NCBI GenBank assembly: GCA_913041085.1
Contig: CAJWHN010000001.1
Coordinates: 10,992-74,991, forward strand
From: an uncultured Flavobacteriales bacterium
Lineage (GTDB): Bacteria > Bacteroidota > Bacteroidia > Flavobacteriales > UBA7312
Direction: 5' to 3'
Length of the DNA stretch: 64,000 bases
Below are positions 40,191 to 49,733 of this stretch, in pieces. Every line of letters starts with the position of its first letter. Position 1 is the first letter of the stretch. Position numbers and translations under genes: made by a program. Under the pieces are notes generated by a model. It did no database searches, had not been told where the DNA came from, and was given only the letters and a program-made list of their open reading frames with translations.

Positions 40191-41717
40191 TTATTTAACG
40201 ATTAGTTTAGTATTGTTACCATTGTTAGATCTAAGGAAGTAAATACCACTTTCTAACAGACCTTGTATCAAAAGACTTCTTTCTTGTACTTTGTTAGAGT
40301 AAACGATTTGTCCTTGTAAATTAGAAATATTCAAATGGAAAGGGTTCTCGTAATTTTGGAAGTAAAGCACACCATCTTTAGCAATGGGGTTAGGGTAGAA
40401 GTTTATACTTTCTTTCTTATTTTCTTCAATGCTACTCACATCACAAGCGGCCTCACAATCTTCTAGCGTAGTGTATTCGCCACTAGCGTCCATTATTTCC
40501 TCGCAGCCATCAGTAGAACAATTGTATGAACTCTCAGCTACATAGTCGGCATTGTAAAGTTCAATAATTTCATTAGGACCTTGACTTGGCCAGTTGAAAC
40601 CATTTGTAGCAAGATAAATCTTACCGTCAGGGCTTACGCAAATATCTCTTAATCGTCCCCATTCATTATTGAAAAAGTCAGTCTCACCGATAATGTCGTC
40701 ACCAGAAGAGTTAAATTCAAAACGAACCAATTTCTTGTCTTTCAATACGGTCATCAGTAAAGTATTCTGAAACTCAGGGATAGAAGGGTGGTCGTACCAT
40801 ATAATATCTGAAGGCGCTATGGTAGAAGTACCACTACTCCACAAAGGCTCTATAACATTATATTCTTGGCAGTAATCACTTTCAGTAAAATTGCTTGATA
40901 AATCTTCAGCGTAGCTATAATCTACTGAAATGTTGTCACAAAAGCCTTGAACGTTAGGCCAGCCAAAGTTTCCATTAGCTTCTAAGATGTTTAATTCATC
41001 ATCATTACTAGGACCGTGTTCAGAGCTGTAAATAATACCGTTTGGTCCAAGGGCTAAACCCTGTGCATTTCTATGACCAATAGACCACACATAGCTGTAT
41101 GGACTTGGATTATCGGCTTTAGGCTGTCCGAAGTTGCCACCATTAGCATCGATATCTATACGGAGAGTTTTACCCGTTAGAGCTGTTTCATCTTGAGAAG
41201 CCATCCAATCTTGTGCATCACCAGTTGTGACTAATAAAGTGGTGTTGTCTATAGCTAAAAGTCGGCAACCAATATGTGTACTGTTACCATCTATACCATC
41301 TACCATTATGGTTTCATTGACAAGAGCATCATTATCAAAATCATATTCATAATACACAATTTTTTCACTAGCGCCACCAGCAGAATAATAGGTGTAAGCC
41401 ATAAATACATAGGGAGCGCCATTGTTGAAGTCAGGATGTATTTCCATACCTAATAGCCCCGATTCGTATTGATCGTACAACTGAGGGGCTAGGTTTAATA
41501 GAATATATTGTTCTCCAGTTTCTACATTTACTCGACTAACGATTCCTGAACGTTCGGTAACCCAAATATGGTCATCTGGCCCCCATTTTATTTCCCAAGG
41601 GACATCTAGTCCTCCTATAACTTCTCTTTCAGTAAGGATGGTGTTACCAACTTGAATTTGAGCAAAGGTGTTGCTAGCTAGTAGTGTGACAAATAATAGA
41701 ATTAGGTACTTTTTCAT
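40191..41717 (-). CDS. T9SS type-A cargo: PQQ-dependent glucose/sorbosone dehydrogenase family propeller, 4-Cys module and CTD
   Basis: CAT at 41715-41717; PWEI.WGPD, HIGCRL, GHRNAQGL, EHGP..DDELN...NFGWP, GRLRDI; CTD FYPNP...SGIYFL...KLIVK. Confidence 0.85.
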   Translation of the reverse strand: MKKYLILLFVTLLASNTFAQIQVGNTILTEREVIGGLDVPWEIKWGPDDHIWVTERSGIVSRVNVETGEQYILLNLAPQLYDQYESGLLGMEIHPDFNNGAPYVFMAYTYYSAGGASEKIVYYEYDFDNDALVNETIMVDGIDGNSTHIGCRLLAIDNTTLLVTTGDAQDWMASQDETALTGKTLRIDIDANGGNFGQPKADNPSPYSYVWSIGHRNAQGLALGPNGIIYSSEHGPSNDDELNILEANGNFGWPNVQGFCDNISVDYSYAEDLSSNFTESDYCQEYNVIEPLWSSGTSTIAPSDIIWYDHPSIPEFQNTLLMTVLKDKKLVRFEFNSSGDDIIGETDFFNNEWGRLRDICVSPDGKIYLATNGFNWPSQGPNEIIELYNADYVAESSYNCSTDGCEEIMDASGEYTTLEDCEAACDVSSIEENKKESINFYPNPIAKDGVLYFQNYENPFHLNISNLQGQIVYSNKVQERSLLIQGLLESGIYFLRSNNGNNTKLIVK

Positions 41718-41872
41718 AATGAAGATTTTGTTATTGTATTGGTTAAAGTCTTACAAATATCGTTAAAAAATAGCTTAATAATCTATTCACAAGCAAAATT
41801 TAAATTGATGTTTCACAAAATAAAAGTTTGATAAAAAAGTTTAAATTTGAACACAAACTAATTTTACAACTT

Positions 41873-42442
41873 ATGAAACTGAGTAATTACATTTTATTAT
41901 TGTTTGCAGTAGCAACGATATATTCTTGCAAATCTAATCAAGGATTGAGCGTAGAAGATCAAGGGGAAGTATTGATAGAACAGTATTGTTCTGGAGACAA
42001 GTATTTTTCTGATAAAAACACCTTTAGAGGCAATGCATTAGGAGAAAGTCAAGACCAAATGACTGCAAAGAAGAAAGCACGTTCTAATGCCCAGGCAGAA
42101 TTAGCTAAAACCATTAGTTCAACGATGAAGATTGTTGGAGATAATTATGTGAACTCTACTGAGTTTAACAATAAGGAAGAAGTAACGGAAACATTCAACG
42201 AAATGAGTAGAACTGTAGTTGATGAAACCTTAAACGGTGTTGTTACGATTTGTGAGAAGATGACTAAGACTTCTGATGGCAAGTACAAGTGTTACATGGC
42301 ATTGGAGTTAGCTGCTGAAAAATTAGCATCAAAGTATCACGAAAGACTTTCTAAAGATGAAAAGATAAAGGCAGATTATAACTATGAGAAGTTTAAAGAA
42401 ACCTTTGAAAAAGAAATGGAAAAGTTATCCAAGGGATACTAA
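41873..42442 (+). CDS. LPP20-family lipoprotein; start revised to ATG 41873
   Basis: MKLSNYILLLFAVATIYSC lipobox; RGNALGES...AKKKARSNAQAELAKTI is the LPP20-like alpha/beta pattern; TAAATTTG at 41842-41849. Confidence 0.72.
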   Translation: MKLSNYILLLFAVATIYSCKSNQGLSVEDQGEVLIEQYCSGDKYFSDKNTFRGNALGESQDQMTAKKKARSNAQAELAKTISSTMKIVGDNYVNSTEFNNKEEVTETFNEMSRTVVDETLNGVVTICEKMTKTSDGKYKCYMALELAAEKLASKYHERLSKDEKIKADYNYEKFKETFEKEMEKLSKGY

Positions 42443-42467
42443 GAAATAGCAATTATTTTTAAATATT

Positions 42468-42494
42468 AAACTCGCCTTCGGGCGAGTTTTTTTT
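42468..42494. terminator. Bidirectional intrinsic terminator
   Basis: aaactcgcc-ttcg-ggcgagttt perfect 9-bp stem with a UUCG loop, followed by a T run, between convergent genes. Confidence 0.9.
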
Positions 42495-43854
42495 AGTCTT
42501 TGACAAAGCTATTGACGAAGTCGGGAATAACAGTCTTTTTAATTTCTTTGATAGCTTGTTGATAGGATTCGTTATCTGCTTGTTCAAAATCCAACTGTAT
42601 CCCTTTTATTTTATTAATGGTCTTGCTGAATATGACTCTGTCTTCTAAGTCTTTAGCTTGTACATTCATATCCAAAAATGCCGTAAACATTTTTTGTCCT
42701 TTCTTCTCTATGCCTTTTCTAGTATCGGCTTTTACAGTAAGAAATATTTGAGCATCGTTTTTATTGCCTACAGGAGTGAAGCTCATTTTACTAAGGGCAG
42801 ATTCTACAGTAAAGCGTAAGTCTGAACCATTTTCATCTTTACCAAAATGTTTTTCTTCAGTTTGCACATATATTGTTGGTGTATATACATAGACTGGTAC
42901 ATTGATTTGGTGGGTTTTAATGCCTTTGAACAATTTTTTTATGAATTCGCTATCGCTACCTTCGTCTAGCCAAGCTTGAAAATCTATACCGACTTCTATT
43001 TTTTGTACGGTCTCTACACTTTTTATTTTGGGTACAGAAGTAATAAAAACACCATTGGTATCGGTACTTTGGCTGAGGTCTTTTAACTCTAGAAATACAG
43101 ATGAAGTGATTAGGGGTATGTCAGCTAGTCGATTGCCTTCGTGTTGTACGGTCAATTTAATTCTATCTACAGAGTTGCCAATCATAGCTTTAATCTTTTT
43201 GCTTTGGCAAAAGATTTGATAGTCATCTATATAAGAGCGAAAACGAGCAATGATTTCACTACCAAGAAATACGGTTTCTCTGTCAAATTCAGTTTTTAGT
43301 GGCTCACTAAGGTAAGGTTCCAAAACATCTAAGGCTTTGACGTAGAAAATGTATTTTTCCTTGAGTGGCGTATAATACATAATGGCTTTGTTCAAAAAGT
43401 ATTTTGATTCTTCTATCGCTTCTTGTATTCTAGCCGTTCTAGTTTCTTGATATAGTTGTTTGCTGAGTCGGTAATACACCCAATATTCATTTTGTTGTGT
43501 GAACGTACCAGTCAATTCGTAGCCCTCAAGTATTTCGTTGGCTTTTACTTCGATGTTAGATTTATAATCTTCTTCGTAGCCATATTCTCTATCCATTTGT
43601 AGAAATACCGATTGAGAAGAAATACTGACTTTGATTTGTGAGCTGAGGTTTTGCAGCGCATTTTGTTGGGCTACTTGAATATAGTCTTGGGGGTGAGTGC
43701 TTCTATCGGCTATGCCTATTCCAATATAATGGCTATCAGAAACGGGATATTCTTTTACCCAAGCAGGAATACCAGCATCTAGCACGGTAGTCTGTTTTGA
43801 GGATTGGCAAGAAATGATAAAAAGGCTGAGAATGAGTAGGGTTAGTTTATTCAT
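42493..43854 (-). CDS. LPP20-domain lipoprotein with additional C-terminal domains (minus strand)
   Basis: CAT at 43852-43854; lipobox IISC; IPAWV...YIGIGIA...AQQNALQNLSSQIKVSISS LPP20 pattern. Confidence 0.72.
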   Translation of the reverse strand: MNKLTLLILSLFIISCQSSKQTTVLDAGIPAWVKEYPVSDSHYIGIGIADRSTHPQDYIQVAQQNALQNLSSQIKVSISSQSVFLQMDREYGYEEDYKSNIEVKANEILEGYELTGTFTQQNEYWVYYRLSKQLYQETRTARIQEAIEESKYFLNKAIMYYTPLKEKYIFYVKALDVLEPYLSEPLKTEFDRETVFLGSEIIARFRSYIDDYQIFCQSKKIKAMIGNSVDRIKLTVQHEGNRLADIPLITSSVFLELKDLSQSTDTNGVFITSVPKIKSVETVQKIEVGIDFQAWLDEGSDSEFIKKLFKGIKTHQINVPVYVYTPTIYVQTEEKHFGKDENGSDLRFTVESALSKMSFTPVGNKNDAQIFLTVKADTRKGIEKKGQKMFTAFLDMNVQAKDLEDRVIFSKTINKIKGIQLDFEQADNESYQQAIKEIKKTVIPDFVNSFVKD

Positions 43855-45241
43855 TTTCTGGATTATAATTGTTAAGCATTTGACTCACTTCTGTTGCAAT
43901 TTCTTGATAGATATCGTTGGCTAAAGCGTTCACTGATAGGAGAGTTTTTTTGTTTTTAAACAAGTTTCTTAAGGCTCTTTTTTGGGAGTATGAGGTTTCT
44001 ACAACATCGTTAGGGCTTTGTTTGCTTTGCCACCTCCAATTACCGGGAACAATATTCCTGTAGTTAGTGTTGGATTCAGCAAAATGGACTTCATCACTAC
44101 GATTTAAATTAATGAGTTTAGTCAATAGTATCTCGCCACTTTCGGTAGAGATAAGCTGAAACTGGAAACCTACTTGTACGCGAGTACTTCCTCTGTACTC
44201 TTGGTATTTTATTTTGTCATATACCGTTTCGTAAAAATACTTTTCTGTTTCTTCGTCATACTTACGAACTTTCCTTTCTGCCCAAGCCTTTTTTTCAGTT
44301 CTAACGATTGGGTTTTTTTGTTTAGAAAAACTGACTAGCTTACCAGAAATTATAGCTTTAGCACCGATAAGCTCACCCGCTTGGGCGTTAGTATTTTCTG
44401 CTACTTGACCACTAAGCCCCATAATTTGTTCGTCTATAAAACTTTGAGTGTAGGTTCTGTCAACAAGTTTGATGAAGGGATTATTTAGTTTCATCATTTT
44501 ATCACTCACTAGTGCCGATATAGCCGATTCGCCACCACTTTGTCGTGTGGCATTATCAAATTTTACGATAGCAATAGTAAATAGTCCAGCCTCTAGAGCT
44601 AGTGCTTTTCTTTCTTTAGTTTCTTGGTAAGAGTTAGGTATTTTGTCGTACTCGTAGTAGGCAGAGCGAAATTTTTCTAACTCTAGAAATTCATTAGCTT
44701 TTCTGTAGATAGGCTCAAAAGTAGCAACATTTTTAAGGTCGTTAACATTTTTGAAGTTAGGCTTGAGTAGGGCAACCTCTTTTAGCAGTTTTTCAGACTC
44801 AGAAAAATTCTCTTGTTCTAATAAGTCCATAGCTTCAACATAAATGGTACTGACGTAATCATCTACCAAGCTGTTATAATCGGTGGTATATGTGCTAGGG
44901 ATATCTATAGTAATGTTGTACTTATTTATTTTTTCTTTTGTATCATTAGCATTTCTGTAATGATAGATAGCAGCTCTTTTATCGCCAAAGTTTTTAGACT
45001 TGAAAAAATCATCTAAATAAGCGTTTACTTGCTTTTGTCCTGAAGATCGAAGCCCTTCTTTAGCCCCAATAAAATCTCCTTTTTTATCTAAGGCTTTCAT
45101 ATACTTTATGCTAGCGTCTTGATACAGATTCTTTTCAGCGAATTTATCGCCTTTTTTGGTCAATGACTTTGGGGTGTCACAACTTGTTAAGGTAAAGATT
45201 AGAAGTGAGCATAAAATGAGTTTGAAATACAAAGTGTTCAT
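43847..45241 (-). CDS. TPR lipoprotein with C-terminal CsgG/HfaB/FlgO-like domain; start revised to ATG 45241
   Basis: Lipobox LTSC; helical repeats; IAIVKF...VDRTYTQSFIDEQ...GELIGAKAIISG...ISTESGEIL resembles the CsgG fold; TATTTTTG box 4 nt upstream. Confidence 0.65.
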   Translation of the reverse strand: MNTLYFKLILCSLLIFTLTSCDTPKSLTKKGDKFAEKNLYQDASIKYMKALDKKGDFIGAKEGLRSSGQKQVNAYLDDFFKSKNFGDKRAAIYHYRNANDTKEKINKYNITIDIPSTYTTDYNSLVDDYVSTIYVEAMDLLEQENFSESEKLLKEVALLKPNFKNVNDLKNVATFEPIYRKANEFLELEKFRSAYYEYDKIPNSYQETKERKALALEAGLFTIAIVKFDNATRQSGGESAISALVSDKMMKLNNPFIKLVDRTYTQSFIDEQIMGLSGQVAENTNAQAGELIGAKAIISGKLVSFSKQKNPIVRTEKKAWAERKVRKYDEETEKYFYETVYDKIKYQEYRGSTRVQVGFQFQLISTESGEILLTKLINLNRSDEVHFAESNTNYRNIVPGNWRWQSKQSPNDVVETSYSQKRALRNLFKNKKTLLSVNALANDIYQEIATEVSQMLNNYNPENE

Positions 45242-45307
45242 CTCACAAAAATAGTTTTTTTTGGAAATCATTTTATAATTGTATTTTTACGATGAACAAT
45301 TAAAAAA

Positions 45308-45520
45308 ATGACAGATAAAACAGCAGAAGCCATTAAGGTAAAATTATTAGAAGGCAAACGATACAGTTTTTGCAGTTGTGGGTTGAGTAAAAACTTACCC
45401 TATTGCGACAACGCCCATCGAGAGTACAATGAAAAGGAGGGGACAGATTACAAATCTCTTAAAATTTTCCCTAAAGAAGATACGGAAGTATTGGTTTATT
45501 CAGCCACTTGGAAGCGTTGA
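45308..45520 (+). CDS. CDGSH iron-sulfur domain protein
   Basis: FCSCGLSKNLPYCDNAH matches C-x-C-x2-S-x3-P-x-C-D-x-x-H. Confidence 0.88.
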   Translation: MTDKTAEAIKVKLLEGKRYSFCSCGLSKNLPYCDNAHREYNEKEGTDYKSLKIFPKEDTEVLVYSATWKR

Positions 45521-45593
45521 TAAATTGTAGAAAACTTTAGTATTAAATCACTTTGGTGTCAAACACTATCTTTAATTTTAGAAAAAAAATAAA

Positions 45594-46691
45594 ATGAAAA
45601 AATATTTTATGTCTGTAGTCTTTAGTATGGGTTTATTTTGGGCGTATGGACAGCAAGAAGCTGATAGTACACTTACAAGCGAAGAAATCCAATTTAGAGA
45701 TTCTATAGCGGCTATCAATACCAATAACGTTTTAATTCAAGAGATACAAGAATCATATAACGCTGGTGCAGAGGATTTTGCGTCATCTAACTTTAAGGAA
45801 GCTATTACGTCTTTTGAATCTGTTATTGTTTTGGATTCTGCTAATGCAGACGCTTACTTTAATAAAGGTTTATCCCACAAGGAGTTAAAGAATTATGAAG
45901 TAGCTATTTCTGATTTTGAAAGTGCCTTTAGCATAGACGACAGCTATTTTGATGCCATTTTTAATATTGCCAAGTGTTACGAATTATTGAATAATAAGGA
46001 ACTAGCCCTAAGCACTTATGATCGTTTATTGTCCATAGATCCTAGTCGAGCTGAGGCGGCATACAACCAAGGTGTATTGTATTATTTACAAAAGGATTAC
46101 GATAATGCTATCAAAGCCTATTCTAAGGCCATAAAGATAGACCCTTATTATGCCTATGCGCTAAACGATAGGGGCAGTTGTTTTCGAGCATTAGAAGACT
46201 ATGACAAGGCCATAGCCGATTATTTAGAAGCTAGTAAGAATGATCCCCAAGCTTTTATTTTTAACAATTTAGCAAGTGCTTATCGAAAAGCAGGGGATAA
46301 AGACCAAGCCATTGATTTTTACACCAAAGCCATACAGTCCGATGCCAATTATGAAATGGCATACAACAACAGAGGCACGGTCTATTTTGAATCCGAGAAC
46401 TACGATATGGCACTCAAAGACTTTAAGAAAGCGATAGAGATAAATTCCGATTATGCTATGGCATTATGCAACAGAGCTGCCATCTATCACTTGCAAGAAC
46501 ACTATACTGGCGCTTTGGCTGATTTGGAACAAGCGGTTAAGCTACAGCCCAAAAATGTCACAGCTCTACTCAATAGAGGTATTACAAGAGAAATGCTAAG
46601 AGATGTTGAAGGGGCTTGTCAAGACTGGCAAAAAGCCTATCAATTGGGTATGGAAAAAGCCAATGAATATTACATTAACAATTGCGAATAA
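45594..46691 (+). CDS. Secreted multi-TPR protein
   Basis: Signal peptide AYG|Q; about 8 TPR repeats (AYFNKG, AAYNQG, ALNDRG, AYNNRG, ALLNRG). Confidence 0.85.
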   Translation: MKKYFMSVVFSMGLFWAYGQQEADSTLTSEEIQFRDSIAAINTNNVLIQEIQESYNAGAEDFASSNFKEAITSFESVIVLDSANADAYFNKGLSHKELKNYEVAISDFESAFSIDDSYFDAIFNIAKCYELLNNKELALSTYDRLLSIDPSRAEAAYNQGVLYYLQKDYDNAIKAYSKAIKIDPYYAYALNDRGSCFRALEDYDKAIADYLEASKNDPQAFIFNNLASAYRKAGDKDQAIDFYTKAIQSDANYEMAYNNRGTVYFESENYDMALKDFKKAIEINSDYAMALCNRAAIYHLQEHYTGALADLEQAVKLQPKNVTALLNRGITREMLRDVEGACQDWQKAYQLGMEKANEYYINNCE

Positions 46692-46699
46692 ATAGAGAT

Positions 46700-48748
46700 A
46701 TGAAACAGTTTATTACACTAGTATTATCCTTAATGACTTGTGGCTTATTCGCTCAAGATGTAGCTTTCAAGAAAGGTAATTTTAAAGACTATAAAGCAGG
46801 TTTTGAAAAAGCCAAAGCTAATTTAGAATCGGGTGACGAATGGTTGGAGAAAGGAAAGGCTCAAGTGTTGTCTATGGTGTACGCCGCTAATGAGTACTCC
46901 AAAGCCTTAGAATTTTATTTACCTGCTCAGGAGTTTAACCCTAATAATGCAGATTTAAATAGAAAAGTAGGTCATGCTTATTTGTATACCAACACCCCTT
47001 ACAAGGCTATGCCTTTCCTTAAAAAGTCCTTAGAGTTGGCAGGAGATGATGCAGAGCCTTTTTTATATTTTTTACTTGGTAAAGCCTATCAGTTAGAGCA
47101 AGATTTTGAAGAAGCTGAAAAGTCGTTTTTACGCTATGGTACTTTAGCTAGTGATAAAGAGTTAGAACCCTACAAGAAGCTGAATAGAAAGCACATAAAA
47201 GAAAGTAAGAGTGGTGCTGAGATTTTTGGTATGAAAACACGAGTATGGGTAGATAACGTCAAGGAGTTAAATTCCTTTTACGATGACATAGCCCCGAGTA
47301 TTTCTGCTGATGGTTCAGAGATTATCTTCAACACCAACAAGAGCGGTAATTTTGATATTTACTCGGCTGAGCGTAAAAATAGAAAGTGGCAATCTTTAAA
47401 AGCCCTAAATAGTCTAAATAGCGAGGGCGATGATGTATCTTCTTCTTTGGCCTATGACGGTCAGCGTTTGTTATTATTCAAATACACCGATAGTCAAAGT
47501 GATATTTACGAATCTAAACTCAAAGGAACGGAATGGAGTGAGCCTAAGCTCAAGATGTCAAAGGTGGTCAATACCGATGCCAATGAAACCTTTGCTTCTT
47601 ACGACCCTCAAGATATCAAAGTCTATTTCATTACCGATGGGGGCTATGGTGGCGATAAGAACATCAGTTTTAGTGGTAAAAAAGATATGAAAGAAACCTT
47701 TTGGGGAAAAGCACAGAGTGCAGGGCAAGAGGTCAATTCAGGTTTTCAAGAAGGGTCGGTATATATGGCAGCCGATGGCAAAACCATGTATTTCTGTTCT
47801 CAGGGGCATACGTCTATAGGAGGCTATGATGTTTTTGTTTCTTACCGTAACGAATTGGGGCTTTGGGGCGAACCTATCAATATGGGTTATCCTATAAATA
47901 CCCCTTACGATGAATTGTATTTTAGCATTTCTGCCAATGGTAAAAAAGCCTACTTCGCCTCTAATAGAGATGGTGGTAATGGCGGTATGGACATCTATTG
48001 TGCTACCTTTTGGGGCGAACCTAAAAAACCGACCGTAGCTAGTGAGGACAACCTCATTGCTAGTATTGCCTCGCCTATAGAAGACACCTACATACCAAAA
48101 AGTGTGGAGGTTACGTTGGCGAATAGCTTAACTGTTTTCAAAGGGCGTATTTTAGATGGTCTATTGCAAGACCCTATAGAAGCAGAAATAAAAATATTTG
48201 ATAATGCTACGGGAGATGTGTATGCCGTTATGCGTTCTAACAGTGCTACGGGCAAATTCTTATTGTCTTTACCATCGGGATTGAATTATGGTATTTCGGT
48301 AGAGGCAGAAGGCTATTTATTCCATTCAGAAAACTTCAATTTACCTGAAGGTTCAGCCTACAACATGATTAATAAAGACATCGAATTGAAGAACATCGAT
48401 ATCGGTAGTAAAATTGCTTTGAGAAACGTATTCTTCGATACAGGGAAAGCTGAGGTTAAGATAGATTCTTATCCCGAGCTAGACCGTTTGATACAACTGA
48501 TGACCGATGTACCCAGTCTTAAGATTGAGCTTTCTGGACATACTGACAATGTGGGTGGCGATGCTGCCAATCAAAAGCTATCACAAAGACGAGCAGAAGC
48601 CGTTAGAGCCTATTTAGTTTCTCGTTCTGTAGATGGGAGTAGAGTTACAGCTATGGGCTATGGGGCAAGTCGTCCAGTAAATAGCAACAACACCAAAGCG
48701 GGTAGAGCCAATAACAGACGAACAGAGTTTGAAATCACAGCCAATTGA
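46700..48748 (+). CDS. OmpA-family protein with TPR, PD40 and carboxypeptidase-regulatory-like domains (second PorE-like paralog); start revised to ATG 46700
   Basis: Signal peptide LFA|Q; PD40 repeats; IELSGHTDNVG...LSQRRAEAV...NRRTEF. Confidence 0.88.
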   Translation: MKQFITLVLSLMTCGLFAQDVAFKKGNFKDYKAGFEKAKANLESGDEWLEKGKAQVLSMVYAANEYSKALEFYLPAQEFNPNNADLNRKVGHAYLYTNTPYKAMPFLKKSLELAGDDAEPFLYFLLGKAYQLEQDFEEAEKSFLRYGTLASDKELEPYKKLNRKHIKESKSGAEIFGMKTRVWVDNVKELNSFYDDIAPSISADGSEIIFNTNKSGNFDIYSAERKNRKWQSLKALNSLNSEGDDVSSSLAYDGQRLLLFKYTDSQSDIYESKLKGTEWSEPKLKMSKVVNTDANETFASYDPQDIKVYFITDGGYGGDKNISFSGKKDMKETFWGKAQSAGQEVNSGFQEGSVYMAADGKTMYFCSQGHTSIGGYDVFVSYRNELGLWGEPINMGYPINTPYDELYFSISANGKKAYFASNRDGGNGGMDIYCATFWGEPKKPTVASEDNLIASIASPIEDTYIPKSVEVTLANSLTVFKGRILDGLLQDPIEAEIKIFDNATGDVYAVMRSNSATGKFLLSLPSGLNYGISVEAEGYLFHSENFNLPEGSAYNMINKDIELKNIDIGSKIALRNVFFDTGKAEVKIDSYPELDRLIQLMTDVPSLKIELSGHTDNVGGDAANQKLSQRRAEAVRAYLVSRSVDGSRVTAMGYGASRPVNSNNTKAGRANNRRTEFEITAN

Positions 48749-48825
48749 TGCCGCAGTACTTGACCTTAGCAATTATTTTATCCTTTCAACAATCCCCTAA
48801 GGGATATGACCTAGATTTATAAGCA

Positions 48826-49470
48826 ATGAAGCACCTTTTTTTTGACCTTGACGGCACAATTATAGAGCCCAAAGAAGGCATTGTCAATTCTATACGTCAT
48901 GCTGCCGATTTGATGGGAGTAGTGATGCCTAACGAAGAGGAGTTGCATCAATTCATAGGCCCGCCCATTATGGATTCTTTTCAAGAGAAGTTAAAGCTTA
49001 GCTATGAACAAGCTTTGGAGGCAGTCAGTCATTTCAGACGTTATTATGCTGAAACTTGCATACACCAAAACGCTTTGTTTACAGGTATTGCCGATGTTTT
49101 ACATGCCCTCAAGCAAGAAGGCTTCACCCTTTATGTAGCGACTTCTAAACCGACGGTCTTTGCGAAAGAAATATTAGCAGAACACGCATTAGATAAATAC
49201 TTTGTGGAGATAGTAGGTTGTAATTTGGACAATAGTCGTAGCTACAAAACAGAAATTATAGCTTATATACTTGAGAAGTACGCCCTAGACCCTAAAGACT
49301 GTTTGATGATTGGCGATACTAAATTTGATATTATTGGAGCCAAAAACCACCACATGCTATGTGTTGGTGTCAGCTACGGTCACGGCGATTTTTCAGAACA
49401 TCAGCCCCATTATGTCGTGGATACTTGCCACGATTTGCAATTGTTGATAAAAAAAGAATTTCCGTTATAA
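48826..49470 (+). CDS. HAD-superfamily hydrolase (5'-nucleotidase/phosphoglycolate phosphatase-like)
   Basis: FDLDGT motif I, ATSK motif II, IGDTKFD motif IV. Confidence 0.9.
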   Translation: MKHLFFDLDGTIIEPKEGIVNSIRHAADLMGVVMPNEEELHQFIGPPIMDSFQEKLKLSYEQALEAVSHFRRYYAETCIHQNALFTGIADVLHALKQEGFTLYVATSKPTVFAKEILAEHALDKYFVEIVGCNLDNSRSYKTEIIAYILEKYALDPKDCLMIGDTKFDIIGAKNHHMLCVGVSYGHGDFSEHQPHYVVDTCHDLQLLIKKEFPL

Positions 49471-49589
49471 TAAATAACTTATATTTGGAATAGCTTAACC
49501 GCTAATAACAAGCTTAATTTTTCAAGTTTTTTTATGAAGCAACCCATGTTTATCCGCATGGGTTCCTTATTTTAAAGACTTAAAAAACC

Positions 49590-49733
49590 ATGAAAAAACA
49601 ATTGATTCTAAGCCTGTTATTCCTTTTGAGTATTGCTGTTGGGCATTATCACTCATCTTTTTTAGAGCACTTAAAATTCAGTACCACACCTGCTATGACC
49701 ATAGCAATACCCAATAGACTCATGATGCCATAA
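49590..49733 (+). pseudogene. Probable remnant of a secreted-protein gene (47-aa ORF; first roughly 18 codons are signal-peptide-like)
   Basis: MKKQLILSLLFLLSIAVG... preceded by an A-rich start context and a TATATTTG box at 49480-49487; the remaining codons are antisense to the 3' end of the DMT gene. Confidence 0.4.
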
